A stretch of 64,000 bases of DNA from Sulfolobales archaeon (GCA_038841535.1 JAWBTQ010000006.1:1-64000), one strand, 5' to 3'. Shown: positions 1-10,186, counted from the stretch's first letter. The notes: generated by a model not told the origin, from the sequence alone. Numbers and translations: made by a program.

Positions 1-326
1 GCTCTCTAGGAGCGAGGGTTGACGTAGTAGCTCTACCAGCAACTTTAGACGATATACTTGTTACCTTCTTGAACAATTTAGTATACGGCGGCAAGATCGT
101 GAAGCCGGAAGTCTACGTTAGACATAGTGAGCTCGAGCTCATTCTCCCAATGTGCAGAATACTTAAGACCGATCTACTGGCTTACGCTCTCACCTCAGGT
201 GTCCTCAAAGGCTTGAGCTACTCGAACTGTCTTAGTAGGCCAGATGCCTTAAGTAGGTTTGCGTCACAGCTCTCTATAAAGCACCCAGAACTACTCTACA
301 GATTTCTATATAGTGCGCTAAGCTAG
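1..326 (+). CDS. 5'-truncated PP-loop (TtuA/TtcA/Ctu1-like) family protein, C-terminal part, divergent
   Basis: Frame is open from position 3. VDVVALPATLDDILVTFLNNLVYG resembles the family motif ADKIATGHNLDDEAQTxLMN, followed by an LPM..LLAYA segment. Confidence 0.45.
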   Translation, partial: SLGARVDVVALPATLDDILVTFLNNLVYGGKIVKPEVYVRHSELELILPMCRILKTDLLAYALTSGVLKGLSYSNCLSRPDALSRFASQLSIKHPELLYRFLYSALS

Positions 327-531
327 CGCCTAGACAGTGGTGAAATATCGATCAAGCAATAGTATTGCTCTTCAATAACGACATTACGTAGGTTCTCGCC
401 TTCATTAGCATTCAATATTAGCACCAACTAAGCATCAACAGCTTACCAAAGGCTCTACTAGCACTGGGTCAGCAATAGGCTACCTTGGGTTTCTAAGTCT
501 TGTAGTTTAAACCTAGAAGTGACCTAGAGAC

Positions 532-867
532 CTACGAGGCAGACGGACTTGAAGACTTCGCGCAGTATCTCTGCACATCATGCTCGTCTTCCTCTATTCT
601 CACAACCTTTTTTACTAGTTTCGACAAGAGAATTACCTCACTTAAGATAGACGCTAGAGTGAGTAAGTCTTCATTAACGCAGTTTTCACACAATATTTCA
701 TAAACATAGCACACACCCTCATAGTATCCACGGAGAGAAAATCTTTTTGGGGGAATGTCGTCGGGGCTGAGCGACTTAACTAGAGTATCCGGAAGGGAAT
801 CCCCGTAACATAGACTTAATCGAGCTCTTAATCCTAGGTTCATAGCGAAACGCCGTATACCAAGCAA
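532..867 (-). CDS. probable KEOPS complex subunit Pcc1-like protein
   Basis: Small alpha/beta protein with LVKSLSPDD and EDLLTLASILSEVILL, a Pcc1-like pattern. Lies near rps3ae, a common archaeal neighbour of pcc1. Confidence 0.45.
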   Translation of the reverse strand: MLGIRRFAMNLGLRARLSLCYGDSLPDTLVKSLSPDDIPPKRFSLRGYYEGVCYVYEILCENCVNEDLLTLASILSEVILLSKLVKKVVRIEEDEHDVQRYCAKSSSPSAS

Positions 868-1019
868 CTTCAGCAGAGTCTAAGATAAGCATTAAATAGC
901 ATAACCTATTGAACTCCATCTATTGAAGAACTGCACTACATAGCTAATACTGTCCTTGACTATGGTCTCGCGAACATGAGTTAGAACTCTTAAGGAACTC
1001 TTAAGGTTAAGTTATAACC

Positions 1020-1424
1020 TCATTCTGGTTTAACTCTTCTTGCTACTCTGCTCCTAATTATCCCCCCTAGAGGATCTACATAAAGCTGCCAATAGTTTAT
1101 TAGGTCTTTGCCTATGTAGGCCTCAAATAGTGGGATTTTCTTCTGAGTTTTAGCTACGTGCACTACTGTTGGTAGAGGGATTTCATACCCATTAAATATT
1201 ACTCTATCGATAGTACACACAGAGAAAATCACATATTTCCCCACACTAGGTACTTCTATTTCTGTTTCTTCTGGTAATTCGACCTTCTCGTAACATCTGA
1301 GGTCGTCTGCTACAGACGCATCAATAAAGGACATATTTATGTACTCGACTACTATAGCTCTCGCATAGCTAAACCTACCCCTACTAAAGAGTCCTAGCAG
1401 GAGTGTAGCTCCGATTTTTTCCAT
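1020..1424 (-). CDS. retropepsin-like (aspartyl protease fold) protein lacking the catalytic D-T/S-G motif
   Basis: RAIVVEYINMSFIDASVADDL aligns by eye to ALVDTGAxxSxI. C-terminal YIGKDLINYWQLYVDP matches IGxDxL..xxxID. Confidence 0.5.
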   Translation of the reverse strand: MEKIGATLLLGLFSRGRFSYARAIVVEYINMSFIDASVADDLRCYEKVELPEETEIEVPSVGKYVIFSVCTIDRVIFNGYEIPLPTVVHVAKTQKKIPLFEAYIGKDLINYWQLYVDPLGGIIRSRVARRVKPE

Positions 1425-1755
1425 ACCTATCGAGTTACTTTAGGTTTACTCTAGTTTTAAATTCAGTATCAGCGCATCCTTAGGCTCGGCAGTCTGAAAA
1501 CCTTCTATATGAAGGTTTATGTAAAAAGTTTTCGTTACTCTGTATACCTCCAATCAATCCCGAGGAAAAGTGTTCAATAGCGGATACTCTAGATAAACCA
1601 GAATGTCCTGACATCTCGCTTTCAATAAATCGTAAAATCTAAGCTACTATTATAGCTTGAAGTATTAGTTTCAAGAGATTTGGGTGTTTCTTAAAGCTTA
1701 AACCGTAGCTAAAAGCTTTTAAGTCTTTGCTTGCTTTTAAAGCTAAGGAGAGAGT

Positions 1756-2376
1756 GTGTCGTCAGCTATAAGGACTAAGTGGAGAGCGAAAAAGTGGTAT
1801 ACTGTACTAGCTCCAGAGGTCTTTGGAGGTGTGCCGATAGGGAGTATTCCAGCCGATGAGAGCTGGAAGCTCTTGGGGAGAGTTATAGAAACCACTTTGT
1901 TCGACCTTACTGGTGACTTTACTAAGCACTACATACACCTCTACTTCCAAGTGTATAGGCATGATGAAGAAAATGCTTACACTAGGTTTAGGGGACATGA
2001 ACTATCTAGAGACTACATTAAGTCTATAACTAGAAGGAGGTCGTCTAAGATTACTGGAATAATCGACACTGTAACTAGCGATGGATATGCGCTGAGGGTA
2101 GTTGGGTTAGTGCTCACGGCATACAACTGTAACGCAAGCCATAAGAGAGCTATTAGGAAGGTCATATTCCAGACAATTAACGAGTGGGCACAAAAGAACT
2201 CTTTCGACGAGTTCATTAAAGCCATGGTCTTCGGTAATATGGCAGTAGACTTGATGTCACGCGCTAAGAAAATATATCCCGTTAGGAAAGCCGAGATATA
2301 TAAGTCCAAACTTATAGCTATATCAACAGCAACAGGTTTAACTCCTGCTGTGATAGTGACACAAAAGCCTCTTTAA
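1756..2376 (+). CDS. rps3ae: 30S ribosomal protein S3Ae (eS1)
   Basis: KWRAKKWYTVLAP, GRVIETTLFDLTGD, DYIKSITRRRSSKI and KKIYPVRKAEIYKS motifs. Confidence 0.97.
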   Translation: MSSAIRTKWRAKKWYTVLAPEVFGGVPIGSIPADESWKLLGRVIETTLFDLTGDFTKHYIHLYFQVYRHDEENAYTRFRGHELSRDYIKSITRRRSSKITGIIDTVTSDGYALRVVGLVLTAYNCNASHKRAIRKVIFQTINEWAQKNSFDEFIKAMVFGNMAVDLMSRAKKIYPVRKAEIYKSKLIAISTATGLTPAVIVTQKPL

Positions 2377-2423
2377 TAGTTTTAACTTAATTGCCAAGTG
2401 TCGCTCGCACCATTAGCTAGGCT

Positions 2424-2636
2424 GTTTTAGACGTTTTGGCTACTGCGGTTTCTATGGACGCAGACTTCCCCTCGACTCCATTGACTACCCGAGGGGTCAT
2501 TGAGTGCCACATCGACGGGCATCGCCGGGACCGCCTTGACTGATAGGCTCATCTCTCCAGCCCCTGCTGGCTTATTGCCGTAATAGGGGCTGGGGACCAG
2601 CCTCCAGATATTCAAGGTAATAAAGCTAGCTTATAG
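2424..2636 (-). mobile_element. orphan TnpB 3'-end / reRNA-like structured remnant
   Basis: GC-rich island in AT-richer intergenic DNA. Perfect stems at 2557-2565/2585-2593 and 2468-2474/2490-2496. Minus-strand frame reads LNIWRL..P.MP...NDP...W.RG like an archaeal TnpB tail and ends in CTAAAAC. Confidence 0.55.
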
Positions 2637-2833
2637 CCTCTCATCTAGGAAAGAGTCTATAGCAAGCTGTTGGAACACCTTATTCTCAGGGTCTACTACG
2701 GTCAAGCTGAAGCTTTAGGTGCTGCTAGCCGAGAAGAAACGCGTGCCAAAGTCTTTTATCGATCTCAGTAATTTAAAGTACTATGAGCTATACATAGTAG
2801 TGGGGTTAGAATCTGAAGCAAGACTACCAACAT

Positions 2834-3055
2834 GTGTGTGCAGTATGCGGTCGCAAATTTCCCGAAGGACAGGGCATAGTTATAAAGATCGAGAATAGGG
2901 AGATAGCTTTTCATAGCAGTAAGTGTGCTGCTAAGTTCTATAAAATGCTTGTTGACAGAGGCTCTAAAGAGGTCATTAGCGAGTCCTTAAAGCTCGCTAG
3001 AGAACTTGAGAATGTTTTGGATAAGAGAAGAGAGAGTAAGTCAAAGAAGATCTAG
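2834..3055 (+). CDS. small TRASH/YHS-like (eL24-like) zinc-binding protein
   Basis: CAVCGRKF...G....FHSSKC metal-binding pattern. Confidence 0.75.
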   Translation: MCAVCGRKFPEGQGIVIKIENREIAFHSSKCAAKFYKMLVDRGSKEVISESLKLARELENVLDKRRESKSKKI

Positions 3056-3337
3056 TGGCTAGCATCATGGTGTGCTTGCTGGATTTCATTACTTACTCAC
3101 TAGCCTTGTTGGTGAAGTGAAACACTCTTGCGGGGACTGTCGACGTTAACGCTTTATGACTTCAAGAATAATTAGCACATAAAGCATCGTGTGCGCTAGG
3201 TCTATCTAATCAGCATCTTTACTTAAAGCCAGGTGAATTTTAAAGTGGATGTCTGTTTAATACTGTTCTGTTTTCAGTAAATACTAGGGAGGTGCTCTAT
3301 AGTTAAGATAGTTACTGAGGCTCCAAGAGAAGATGAA

Positions 3338-5965
3338 GTGATAAGGTTCCTTAAGGACTATACAGTAGCGTGGTTTAAGAAGTCTTTTACCGCTCTCACT
3401 CCAGCTCAGCTAATGGCAATACCATACATTAAGCAAGGCTATAACGTGCTTATTTCTAGCCCCACGGGTACTGGCAAGACGCTAGCTGCTTTCTTACCCA
3501 TAATAGATGAGCTGTTGAATATGGGGGAATTGGGAGATCTCGAAGACCAGGTGTACGTTATTTACGTATCCCCCCTTAGAGCACTGAATAACGATATAGT
3601 TAAGAATCTTAAGAAGCCAATAGAGGAAATACGTGAGACAGCTCTAAGTATGGATGTAAAGCTCCCGGAGTTGAGAGTGAGAGTGAGAACGAGTGATACG
3701 CTACCAAACGAGAAGCAGAGAATGTTGAGAGAGCCTCCCCACATACTTATAACAACTCCAGAGTCCTTATCAATAGCTCTAGCTGCTCCTAAGTTCAGAG
3801 AGAAGCTATCCGGGGTTCGGTGGGTTATAATAGACGAAGTACACGAATTAGCATCAAGTAAGAGGGGGGCACACTTATCGCTAAGCCTTGAGAGACTGGA
3901 GGAGCTCTCTTCGAGAGAGATCCAGAGGATAGGTTTAAGTGCCACTATAGCTCCTCTTGAAAGCATAGCACAGTTCTTAGTAGGCTTTAAGTCGGACTTA
4001 GAGCCGAGGAACTGCGTAGTTATTGACGCAAGGTTCTTGAAGCCTATGGACGTAAAGGTGCTGTGTCCCAGAGTCGACATAATCAGAGACCCGGCGGAGG
4101 CTGTTAACGAAGCCATATACCAAGAACTCAAAGAGATAGTCCTTAGCCACAGAACCACACTGATATTTACGAACACAAGGAGCTCCACTGAGAGAGTAGT
4201 GTTCAAATTGAGGAAGATTTTTGAGAGAGAGGGTGTGGTAAATGCGGATGAAGTAGAGGCACACCACAGCTCACTAAGCAGAGATCTAAGGCTAGGTGTA
4301 GAGAATAAGCTGAAGAGTGGTGAGCTTAGAGCTATAGTTAGCTCAACCTCCCTCGAGTTAGGAATAGATATAGGATACATAGACGCCGTAGTCTTACTTA
4401 GTTCCCCAAAAAGCACTACGAGGTTAATTCAGAGAGTTGGAAGATCAGGACACGGAGTTAACGATACTAGTAAAGGCTACTTACTAGCAGTAGATAGAGA
4501 TGACCTCGTAGAGGTAGTGGTACTAGCTAAGCTAGCTAAGCAGAGAAAGCTAGATAAGATAAAAATCATCAGGAAGCCTCTCGATATACTTGCGCAGCAC
4601 ATCGTAGGTATGTCCCTAGAGAAGAAGTGGAAACTTAGGGAAGCCTATGAAGTAGTTAAGAGGTCATATAGCTATCGCGACCTGACTTGGGAGGAATTTT
4701 TGCGGGTTATAGAGTACTTAGCTGGAAAGTACGAAGACCTCATATCTACTACAAGAACTTATTCCAAGATAAGGTACTATGAAGAGGAAGAAACTTTCGG
4801 AAAAAAGAGGGGTGTTCGAATGATTTATTACCTTAACTCTGGCGCGATACCTGATGAAGCTAAAGTCAGAGTGTTCACTGAGGACGGACGCTATGTCGGG
4901 GACTTAGAGGAGGAGTTCGTGGAGTACCTAGAGCCAGGAGACGTTTTCGTACTCGGGGGTAGAACATTCCAGTTCGTAAGATCGAGTGCTATGAGAGTAA
5001 TCGTGAAAAAAGTCGAGCATCAGAGACCAACAGTTCCGAGCTGGTTCTCAGAGATGCTTCCACTAGCTTTCGACTCAGCACTTGAAGTAGCTAGATTCCG
5101 AGGCTATGTTTCTCAATTAATAGATAGAGCTGGTTTAGAAGGTGCTATTGAGAAAGTCTCAAAGAATTACGGTATAGAAAGGCGTTTAGCTAAGTACATT
5201 GTTGACTACGTTAACGAGCAAAAGAACTACGTCGGTATAGTACCAGACGATAAAACCGTGTTGATAGAAATGTGGTATGATGAAAATCTACGAGCAGATA
5301 ACCTGATCTTCCACACCCTATTCGGAAGAAAAACAAACGATGCTCTCGCGAGAGCCCTAGCTTTACTAATAAGTGACCTTGTGGGCGTTAACGTGAGGGT
5401 TACTGTAACCGATAACGGCTTTATGCTAACTGTTCCATTCAGTCGACCACAATTTAACGATGAAATAGTTCAAGAAGTTCTAGCTAGGCTAAGGAATAAT
5501 GAGCTTAGAGATATACTTAGAAAAGCCTTAAGAAGGTCAGAAATACTGAAGAGAAGATTTAGGCATTGCGCTGAGAGAGCACTAGCTCTACTTAAGAACT
5601 ATAAAGGTGAGGAAACAAGCATTAACAGAAGGCAGGTAAGTGCTGAGACTTTAGTGAGAATCGTTGAGTCTATTCCAGGTTTTCCGATATTAGAGGAGGC
5701 CTACAGGGAAGTAATGGAGGACGTTATGGACGTTGAGAGTGCTGAGAAGATCCTTAGCTCAATAAAGAGTGGTAGTATAACTTTACGAAGCGTGAGAGTT
5801 GAAGGACCACCGTCGCCTTTTGCGCACACTATAGTCACGCACGGATATAACGACATCGTGCTCATGGAGGACAGAAAGAGGATGCTCCTGAGGCTCTATG
5901 AGGAAGTGCTTAAGAGACTATCTGAAAGACGTACTGTGAACCAAGAAGCTTCATGCGCTACCTAG
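3338..5965 (+). CDS. lhr: Lhr family SF2 ATP-dependent helicase (Lhr-core type)
   Basis: SPTGTGKT, SPLRALNND, DEVH, LSAT, HHSSLS, SLELGID and QRVGRSGH motifs; Lhr C-terminal PSWFSE and PSPFA. Confidence 0.95.
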   Translation: MIRFLKDYTVAWFKKSFTALTPAQLMAIPYIKQGYNVLISSPTGTGKTLAAFLPIIDELLNMGELGDLEDQVYVIYVSPLRALNNDIVKNLKKPIEEIRETALSMDVKLPELRVRVRTSDTLPNEKQRMLREPPHILITTPESLSIALAAPKFREKLSGVRWVIIDEVHELASSKRGAHLSLSLERLEELSSREIQRIGLSATIAPLESIAQFLVGFKSDLEPRNCVVIDARFLKPMDVKVLCPRVDIIRDPAEAVNEAIYQELKEIVLSHRTTLIFTNTRSSTERVVFKLRKIFEREGVVNADEVEAHHSSLSRDLRLGVENKLKSGELRAIVSSTSLELGIDIGYIDAVVLLSSPKSTTRLIQRVGRSGHGVNDTSKGYLLAVDRDDLVEVVVLAKLAKQRKLDKIKIIRKPLDILAQHIVGMSLEKKWKLREAYEVVKRSYSYRDLTWEEFLRVIEYLAGKYEDLISTTRTYSKIRYYEEEETFGKKRGVRMIYYLNSGAIPDEAKVRVFTEDGRYVGDLEEEFVEYLEPGDVFVLGGRTFQFVRSSAMRVIVKKVEHQRPTVPSWFSEMLPLAFDSALEVARFRGYVSQLIDRAGLEGAIEKVSKNYGIERRLAKYIVDYVNEQKNYVGIVPDDKTVLIEMWYDENLRADNLIFHTLFGRKTNDALARALALLISDLVGVNVRVTVTDNGFMLTVPFSRPQFNDEIVQEVLARLRNNELRDILRKALRRSEILKRRFRHCAERALALLKNYKGEETSINRRQVSAETLVRIVESIPGFPILEEAYREVMEDVMDVESAEKILSSIKSGSITLRSVRVEGPPSPFAHTIVTHGYNDIVLMEDRKRMLLRLYEEVLKRLSERRTVNQEASCAT

Positions 5966-6438
5966 AACAAGCTTTCACAGCACTCCATTGCCAGCTGACT
6001 TTCCTATCCTATACGCCCTGTTCAGCAGGTACACTCAGCTACACCTCGAGTATGCCGGCAGAACATGGCACTAGCTGGTATGCTAATAAGGGCTGTTTCT
6101 TCTTGATGTCTCTGCGGAATGTTCATAATCTTTTCGTTCTAATTCTTTCGTAGTGCTGTGTGACTCTGGTAGTAATATGAATACTGCTTTGCTCGACAGC
6201 CACCCACGACCCCACGTAGATATCGAAGCCCGAATGAGCTATGCGAAACCCCTGGACACAAAAGAGCATCAAAAAGAACGAATATCCGGGGATAACCGGC
6301 TCTAATCTAGTTGGAACAGCCTTATGTACCTGCAGCAAAGACCGATTCCACTGCTAGTTCGGTCTATAGAATCCTCTATTAAGATGTAAGTGTCGCCACA
6401 ACTCGACTGTGAGGTGTTGTTCGAGCGCTTGTATAAGG

Positions 6439-6990
6439 TCAGCGTCTAGCTGTCCATAGATGTGTTAGCTCCTCAGCTGTTGTTATCTCAGCTCCATACA
6501 TCGTCTTCATGTAGTCCAACGCCCTTTCGTGATCTGTGGTGTTGAATGTAGCTGTAGCATCTCCCACTACTATGACTTTATAGCCTCTGAAGAAAGCATC
6601 GGCAGCTGTGTGCTTAACACATATGTGCGTATGAATCCCAGTAATAACTACTGTTTTGGCTTCAAGTCCTCTAAGCAGGAGGTCCAGCCCTGTCTCAAAA
6701 AAAGCTGAGTAAGTTCTTTTCTCGAGGACATAGTCGTGAGGTAGCGGCTTAAGTTCATCAATTACTTTAGATGCCTCGTCACCCTTCATTGAATGCTCTC
6801 CCCAGAGTCTTATTTCAGGATCTGTTGGAAAGTGAGAGTCATTTACGTATACAACCGGGATACCGATAGATCTAGCTACCTGAATAACCTTCCCCACCTT
6901 GTCAACTATTTCGGCACACGGCTGGCACTTGAGCCTCCCATAAATGAAATCGTATAACATGTCTATGACAAGCACAACATATCCACTCAC
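6439..6990 (-). CDS. isochorismatase/nicotinamidase family cysteine hydrolase
   Basis: VIDM..DF, DSH, KRTYSAF and THICV (D-K-C triad). Confidence 0.92.
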   Translation of the reverse strand: MSGYVVLVIDMLYDFIYGRLKCQPCAEIVDKVGKVIQVARSIGIPVVYVNDSHFPTDPEIRLWGEHSMKGDEASKVIDELKPLPHDYVLEKRTYSAFFETGLDLLLRGLEAKTVVITGIHTHICVKHTAADAFFRGYKVIVVGDATATFNTTDHERALDYMKTMYGAEITTAEELTHLWTARR

Positions 6991-7104
6991 GTTAGCCCCT
7001 AATATCGTTCGGTTTTAGTCTTATTATCTTCTTACGCTGTTCCCACAGTTGCGCACCATAAAGTGCTTTAACCATAAGTACCTTAGTCTTCATTTAATCC
7101 GCGT

Positions 7105-8094
7105 TTAAGGTTGCTTCATTGACTCTAGAACACCTCTGCTTACAGCAAAAACAGCACAGACAAGTTCTTCCTCAGATTTTTCTAGAAGTTCAAGAGCTTT
7201 TTCACCCTTAAGTGATTTGTCTCCCTGCTCTAGAAGGATTCCCAGTATGTTATTGCCCTCCACTAGTAGTCTGACAGTATGATTCTCGCCCTTAAGGACT
7301 GCGTAGATGGGGCTTTGGTTCTTAGTGCTAATATCTGCTAGAGTCTCTACTAACAAAGGCGAGCACCTCATTCTGAATGTAGTTATGGACCTTCCTTGCG
7401 TAGTTAATCTATACACAACTATCGGGTCTTCAAGAAAGTTCGAATAGAGATCTGAAACTAACTTACTCTCAATTCTACCACCTTCCTCCCTAGGCACCTC
7501 AGGAACTACAGGTTCCGCAGTTCCTTTCTCCTCCTCTTTTTTCACGGCTTCAACAACTCCAGCTGTTCGTAGTTCTTCAGGTAATGGGGTTGCTGTCTGT
7601 TTAGGAGGTTCTGCGACCTCACGCTGTACCTCTATAGGTTTAGTAGAAACACTCTTTAAAGCTTCCGAGACACTCTCAGGTATTCTTGATATGAATCGCT
7701 CGGTCTCGCTGGCCACTCCAGAGAGCCTCTCTCTTAGAGCACCCGATCGAACATAAACCTCAAAGCTAATCTCAGTACCATCCTCGAACTTTGTAGCAAC
7801 CATTCTAAAGGTTAGATCCATGCGGGGTGGTCTGAAAAAGCCTAATACCACCTCACCGATCATGCTACTCTCTAAAGTGAATTTGTTTGTTCCCTTCGCT
7901 ATCACGTAGCTGAAGACAGCATCTCCTTTAAATCCAAAAGCGTCCATGTGAATGACTACGTCACTTCCTCTGAAGGATTTAAACTCTACTGATACAGGCA
8001 GTAATGAAAAGAAATCCTTGGGTCTCAACACTGCCTCATACACTTCCTCAAGAGCATGAGGTACTCTAAACGTTATACTTCGATGAACAGGCAC
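7105..8094 (-). CDS. SRPBCC/CoxG-like N-terminal domain + P/E-rich linker + DUF2226/PATAN-like C-terminal domain
   Basis: N-terminus has a START/SRPBCC pattern (VPHALEEVYEAVLRPKDF..LLP). C-terminus has LLVEGNNILGI...LKGEKALELL. Confidence 0.5.
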   Translation of the reverse strand: MPVHRSITFRVPHALEEVYEAVLRPKDFFSLLPVSVEFKSFRGSDVVIHMDAFGFKGDAVFSYVIAKGTNKFTLESSMIGEVVLGFFRPPRMDLTFRMVATKFEDGTEISFEVYVRSGALRERLSGVASETERFISRIPESVSEALKSVSTKPIEVQREVAEPPKQTATPLPEELRTAGVVEAVKKEEEKGTAEPVVPEVPREEGGRIESKLVSDLYSNFLEDPIVVYRLTTQGRSITTFRMRCSPLLVETLADISTKNQSPIYAVLKGENHTVRLLVEGNNILGILLEQGDKSLKGEKALELLEKSEEELVCAVFAVSRGVLESMKQP

Positions 8095-8175
8095 GGTACC
8101 TCATATTAGTAAGCTATTCGATCCTTAAATAATTGCGTAAGTTCGGTTAACGATGGCTTCCAGTGATTGCAGCAT

Positions 8176-9042
8176 CTATTGGCAGGTGACACGTTTAACG
8201 CTCACCTTTCCTTTGAGTGTTTCGAGCTCTTGAGTTGTAAACCAGGGGAGTTTTCCCCTCAGCTTTAGAGCAGCAGCTGATGATGCTATTGCCACAGCAT
8301 CCAGAAGCTCTAATTTCTCTATAAACATGTAGTGAGTTAGTACTGCCGTAAATACATCTCCTAGCCCAACCGATTCCCCGTAAAAACCCTGTGGTGGAGC
8401 TATCTCGTATAGACACCTATCTCTATATGACGAAACTTTGAAAGGTTTCTCACCGTCGGTTATAACGACGTCAGATCTAAGCCTCTCCATACACTCCAAA
8501 GGAGTTGCCCAACACTCTCTAGGAAACTCTTCTTTCTCACCTCTTACGATACTCCACCTAGATGTCTCTAAGTATTTTCCTACTTCGAACACTTTTTGCG
8601 AGTCATGGACTATCTTGCCGTGCTCACTCACTTTCCTAACAAACCCCTGGATATCGACAACTACATCACGACCTCTTACTAGCTCAACTAAGTATCGAGG
8701 ATCTAGCTCACTGTATGTAGTTGAGATAAGTGCTAAGCTAAAATTCTTTACTGCTTTTACGAGAGTCTCTACCTCAAAGAATGACTGCTTTAGAACCCGA
8801 AGACTTCTATCACCACTTTCGTGTAGTCCTATTTCGAACACAGTCTCACCAAAACCAGCTTCCATTACGTCTAAGTAGTGACTTAGCTTGCCCAGATACC
8901 TCGAAACTGCGGACCTCGTCGTCACTAAGAGGGCATGTGAGCCAAGATGAGAGAGTGTTACGCCAATGTAATAAGCTGGTCCACCTAAGTGAACTCCTCT
9001 CGCTATGTAATCAAGAGTAGATGCTGCGATTACTACTAACAC
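8176..9042 (-). CDS. PfkB family carbohydrate kinase
   Basis: GGPAYY, VVDIQGFVR, ITDGEK and ESVGLGDVF anion-hole motif. Confidence 0.85.
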   Translation of the reverse strand: MLVVIAASTLDYIARGVHLGGPAYYIGVTLSHLGSHALLVTTRSAVSRYLGKLSHYLDVMEAGFGETVFEIGLHESGDRSLRVLKQSFFEVETLVKAVKNFSLALISTTYSELDPRYLVELVRGRDVVVDIQGFVRKVSEHGKIVHDSQKVFEVGKYLETSRWSIVRGEKEEFPRECWATPLECMERLRSDVVITDGEKPFKVSSYRDRCLYEIAPPQGFYGESVGLGDVFTAVLTHYMFIEKLELLDAVAIASSAAALKLRGKLPWFTTQELETLKGKVSVKRVTCQ

Positions 9043-9484
9043 AGGAATCCTCCTGAATGCTATCGTAATCTAGAAAGTATTAAGCGTGTTATACACAGTC
9101 TCCTATACCCGGGAATAACTAGGCTATATAGCTATGCGGTACTTTAATAACTAACGAAAACTCTAGCTAAGAGTATAACTAAAGTGCTAGAAACTCCTTC
9201 CTCGCCTTTCTCCGCTCTAGCTTGCTTTAGGCTGACCCCGGCGGCTTACTGCGATCTTCTAGAACCAGCCTCAGTACTCATTGGACTCGAAAACCTAGGA
9301 TCACCGTTAAATACCGGTTACTGTAACTCCGGATCTCTATACACCCACCGTAACGAAAGCGATGGAAGCCTTAGAAAAGAGCTGGAACTAAAAGAGCTGA
9401 ATGTCCTACGGAGTGAGGGTTCGAATATGAGTCAGGAGAACAGGGTCACGGTTCGCGCTCTTTGAGGAAGTCACTAACTTTGAA

Positions 9485-10186
9485 CTAAGACCGATAAGAA
9501 GTTAGCCTATACTCTCTCCCGCAGTGTAAGTACACTACTCCCTCTTTAATCATGGCATTCATGAGCTCTCTTTCTTCGTGACTCAGCTTGGAGACTTCAA
9601 GTTTCTTTATCGGGAACTTGCTTGAAAAGCTTTTATAGAATTCTGAGTCTACCGCTAGGTCTGATATTACCACTATTAACTCCGCTTTAACGTACTCATC
9701 AATGGGCCTTTTAGCTATAGATAGGACTTCGCTCAGCTTCATAACTTTTTTACTCTTTAACTCCTTGATGGCCCTGTCTTCAGCTAGGTCTTGGTCGGGT
9801 AGAGGTCTTGGTTTAACTTCCTGACTGGCTTTTGTTAGAGCCTCTAAGGCTACTTTAATCTCCTTTATTTCCTTTTCAAGTTTGTTTACTCGAGTAACTA
9901 GATGACCGACCTCTTCTCTAAGCTTCTCTATGTCAAGAGAGAGATCGTCTTTCTGCTTCCTTATCTCCGCACTAGATTCCATTTCAGCTTCCTCAAAGCT
10001 TGAGGAGTCAATAGCTCTAGCATAGTACCCCTCACCTGGAACCCTAACTACGCGACCCGAATCTCTAAGTCTATTAAGAGCTATTCGAACTTGACTTAGT
10101 GGAAGTCCTAGAGCGTCAGCAATCAGCCTAGGTGTCGCTCCCGGATTCTCCTTCAAGTATCTGAGTATTCTAAGTTCTACACTCAA
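9485..10186 (-). CDS. winged-helix protein with coiled coil and C-terminal wHTH-like domain
   Basis: ILRYLKENPGATPRLIADALGL..SQVRIALNRL HTH, followed by a heptad coiled coil. Confidence 0.75.
   Translation of the reverse strand: MSVELRILRYLKENPGATPRLIADALGLPLSQVRIALNRLRDSGRVVRVPGEGYYARAIDSSSFEEAEMESSAEIRKQKDDLSLDIEKLREEVGHLVTRVNKLEKEIKEIKVALEALTKASQEVKPRPLPDQDLAEDRAIKELKSKKVMKLSEVLSIAKRPIDEYVKAELIVVISDLAVDSEFYKSFSSKFPIKKLEVSKLSHEERELMNAMIKEGVVYLHCGREYRLTSYRS

Noticed and set aside
2427-2615. 62-aa ORF as a real protein
   Set aside because: Better explained as the residual TnpB-tail frame over a structured RNA element.
3562-4416. Long antisense ORFs (this one, also 56803-57438, 8438-8878, 19204-19611, 43613-44032 and similar)
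   Set aside because: Ser/Thr-rich shadow frames opposite well-supported genes, with no motifs.
5953-6420. Short ORFs on both strands between lhr and the cysteine hydrolase
   Set aside because: No recognisable motif in the frames read; possibly decayed sequence, cannot be supported.
9184-9465. 93-aa ORF
   Set aside because: Atypical composition and no motif; not supportable.
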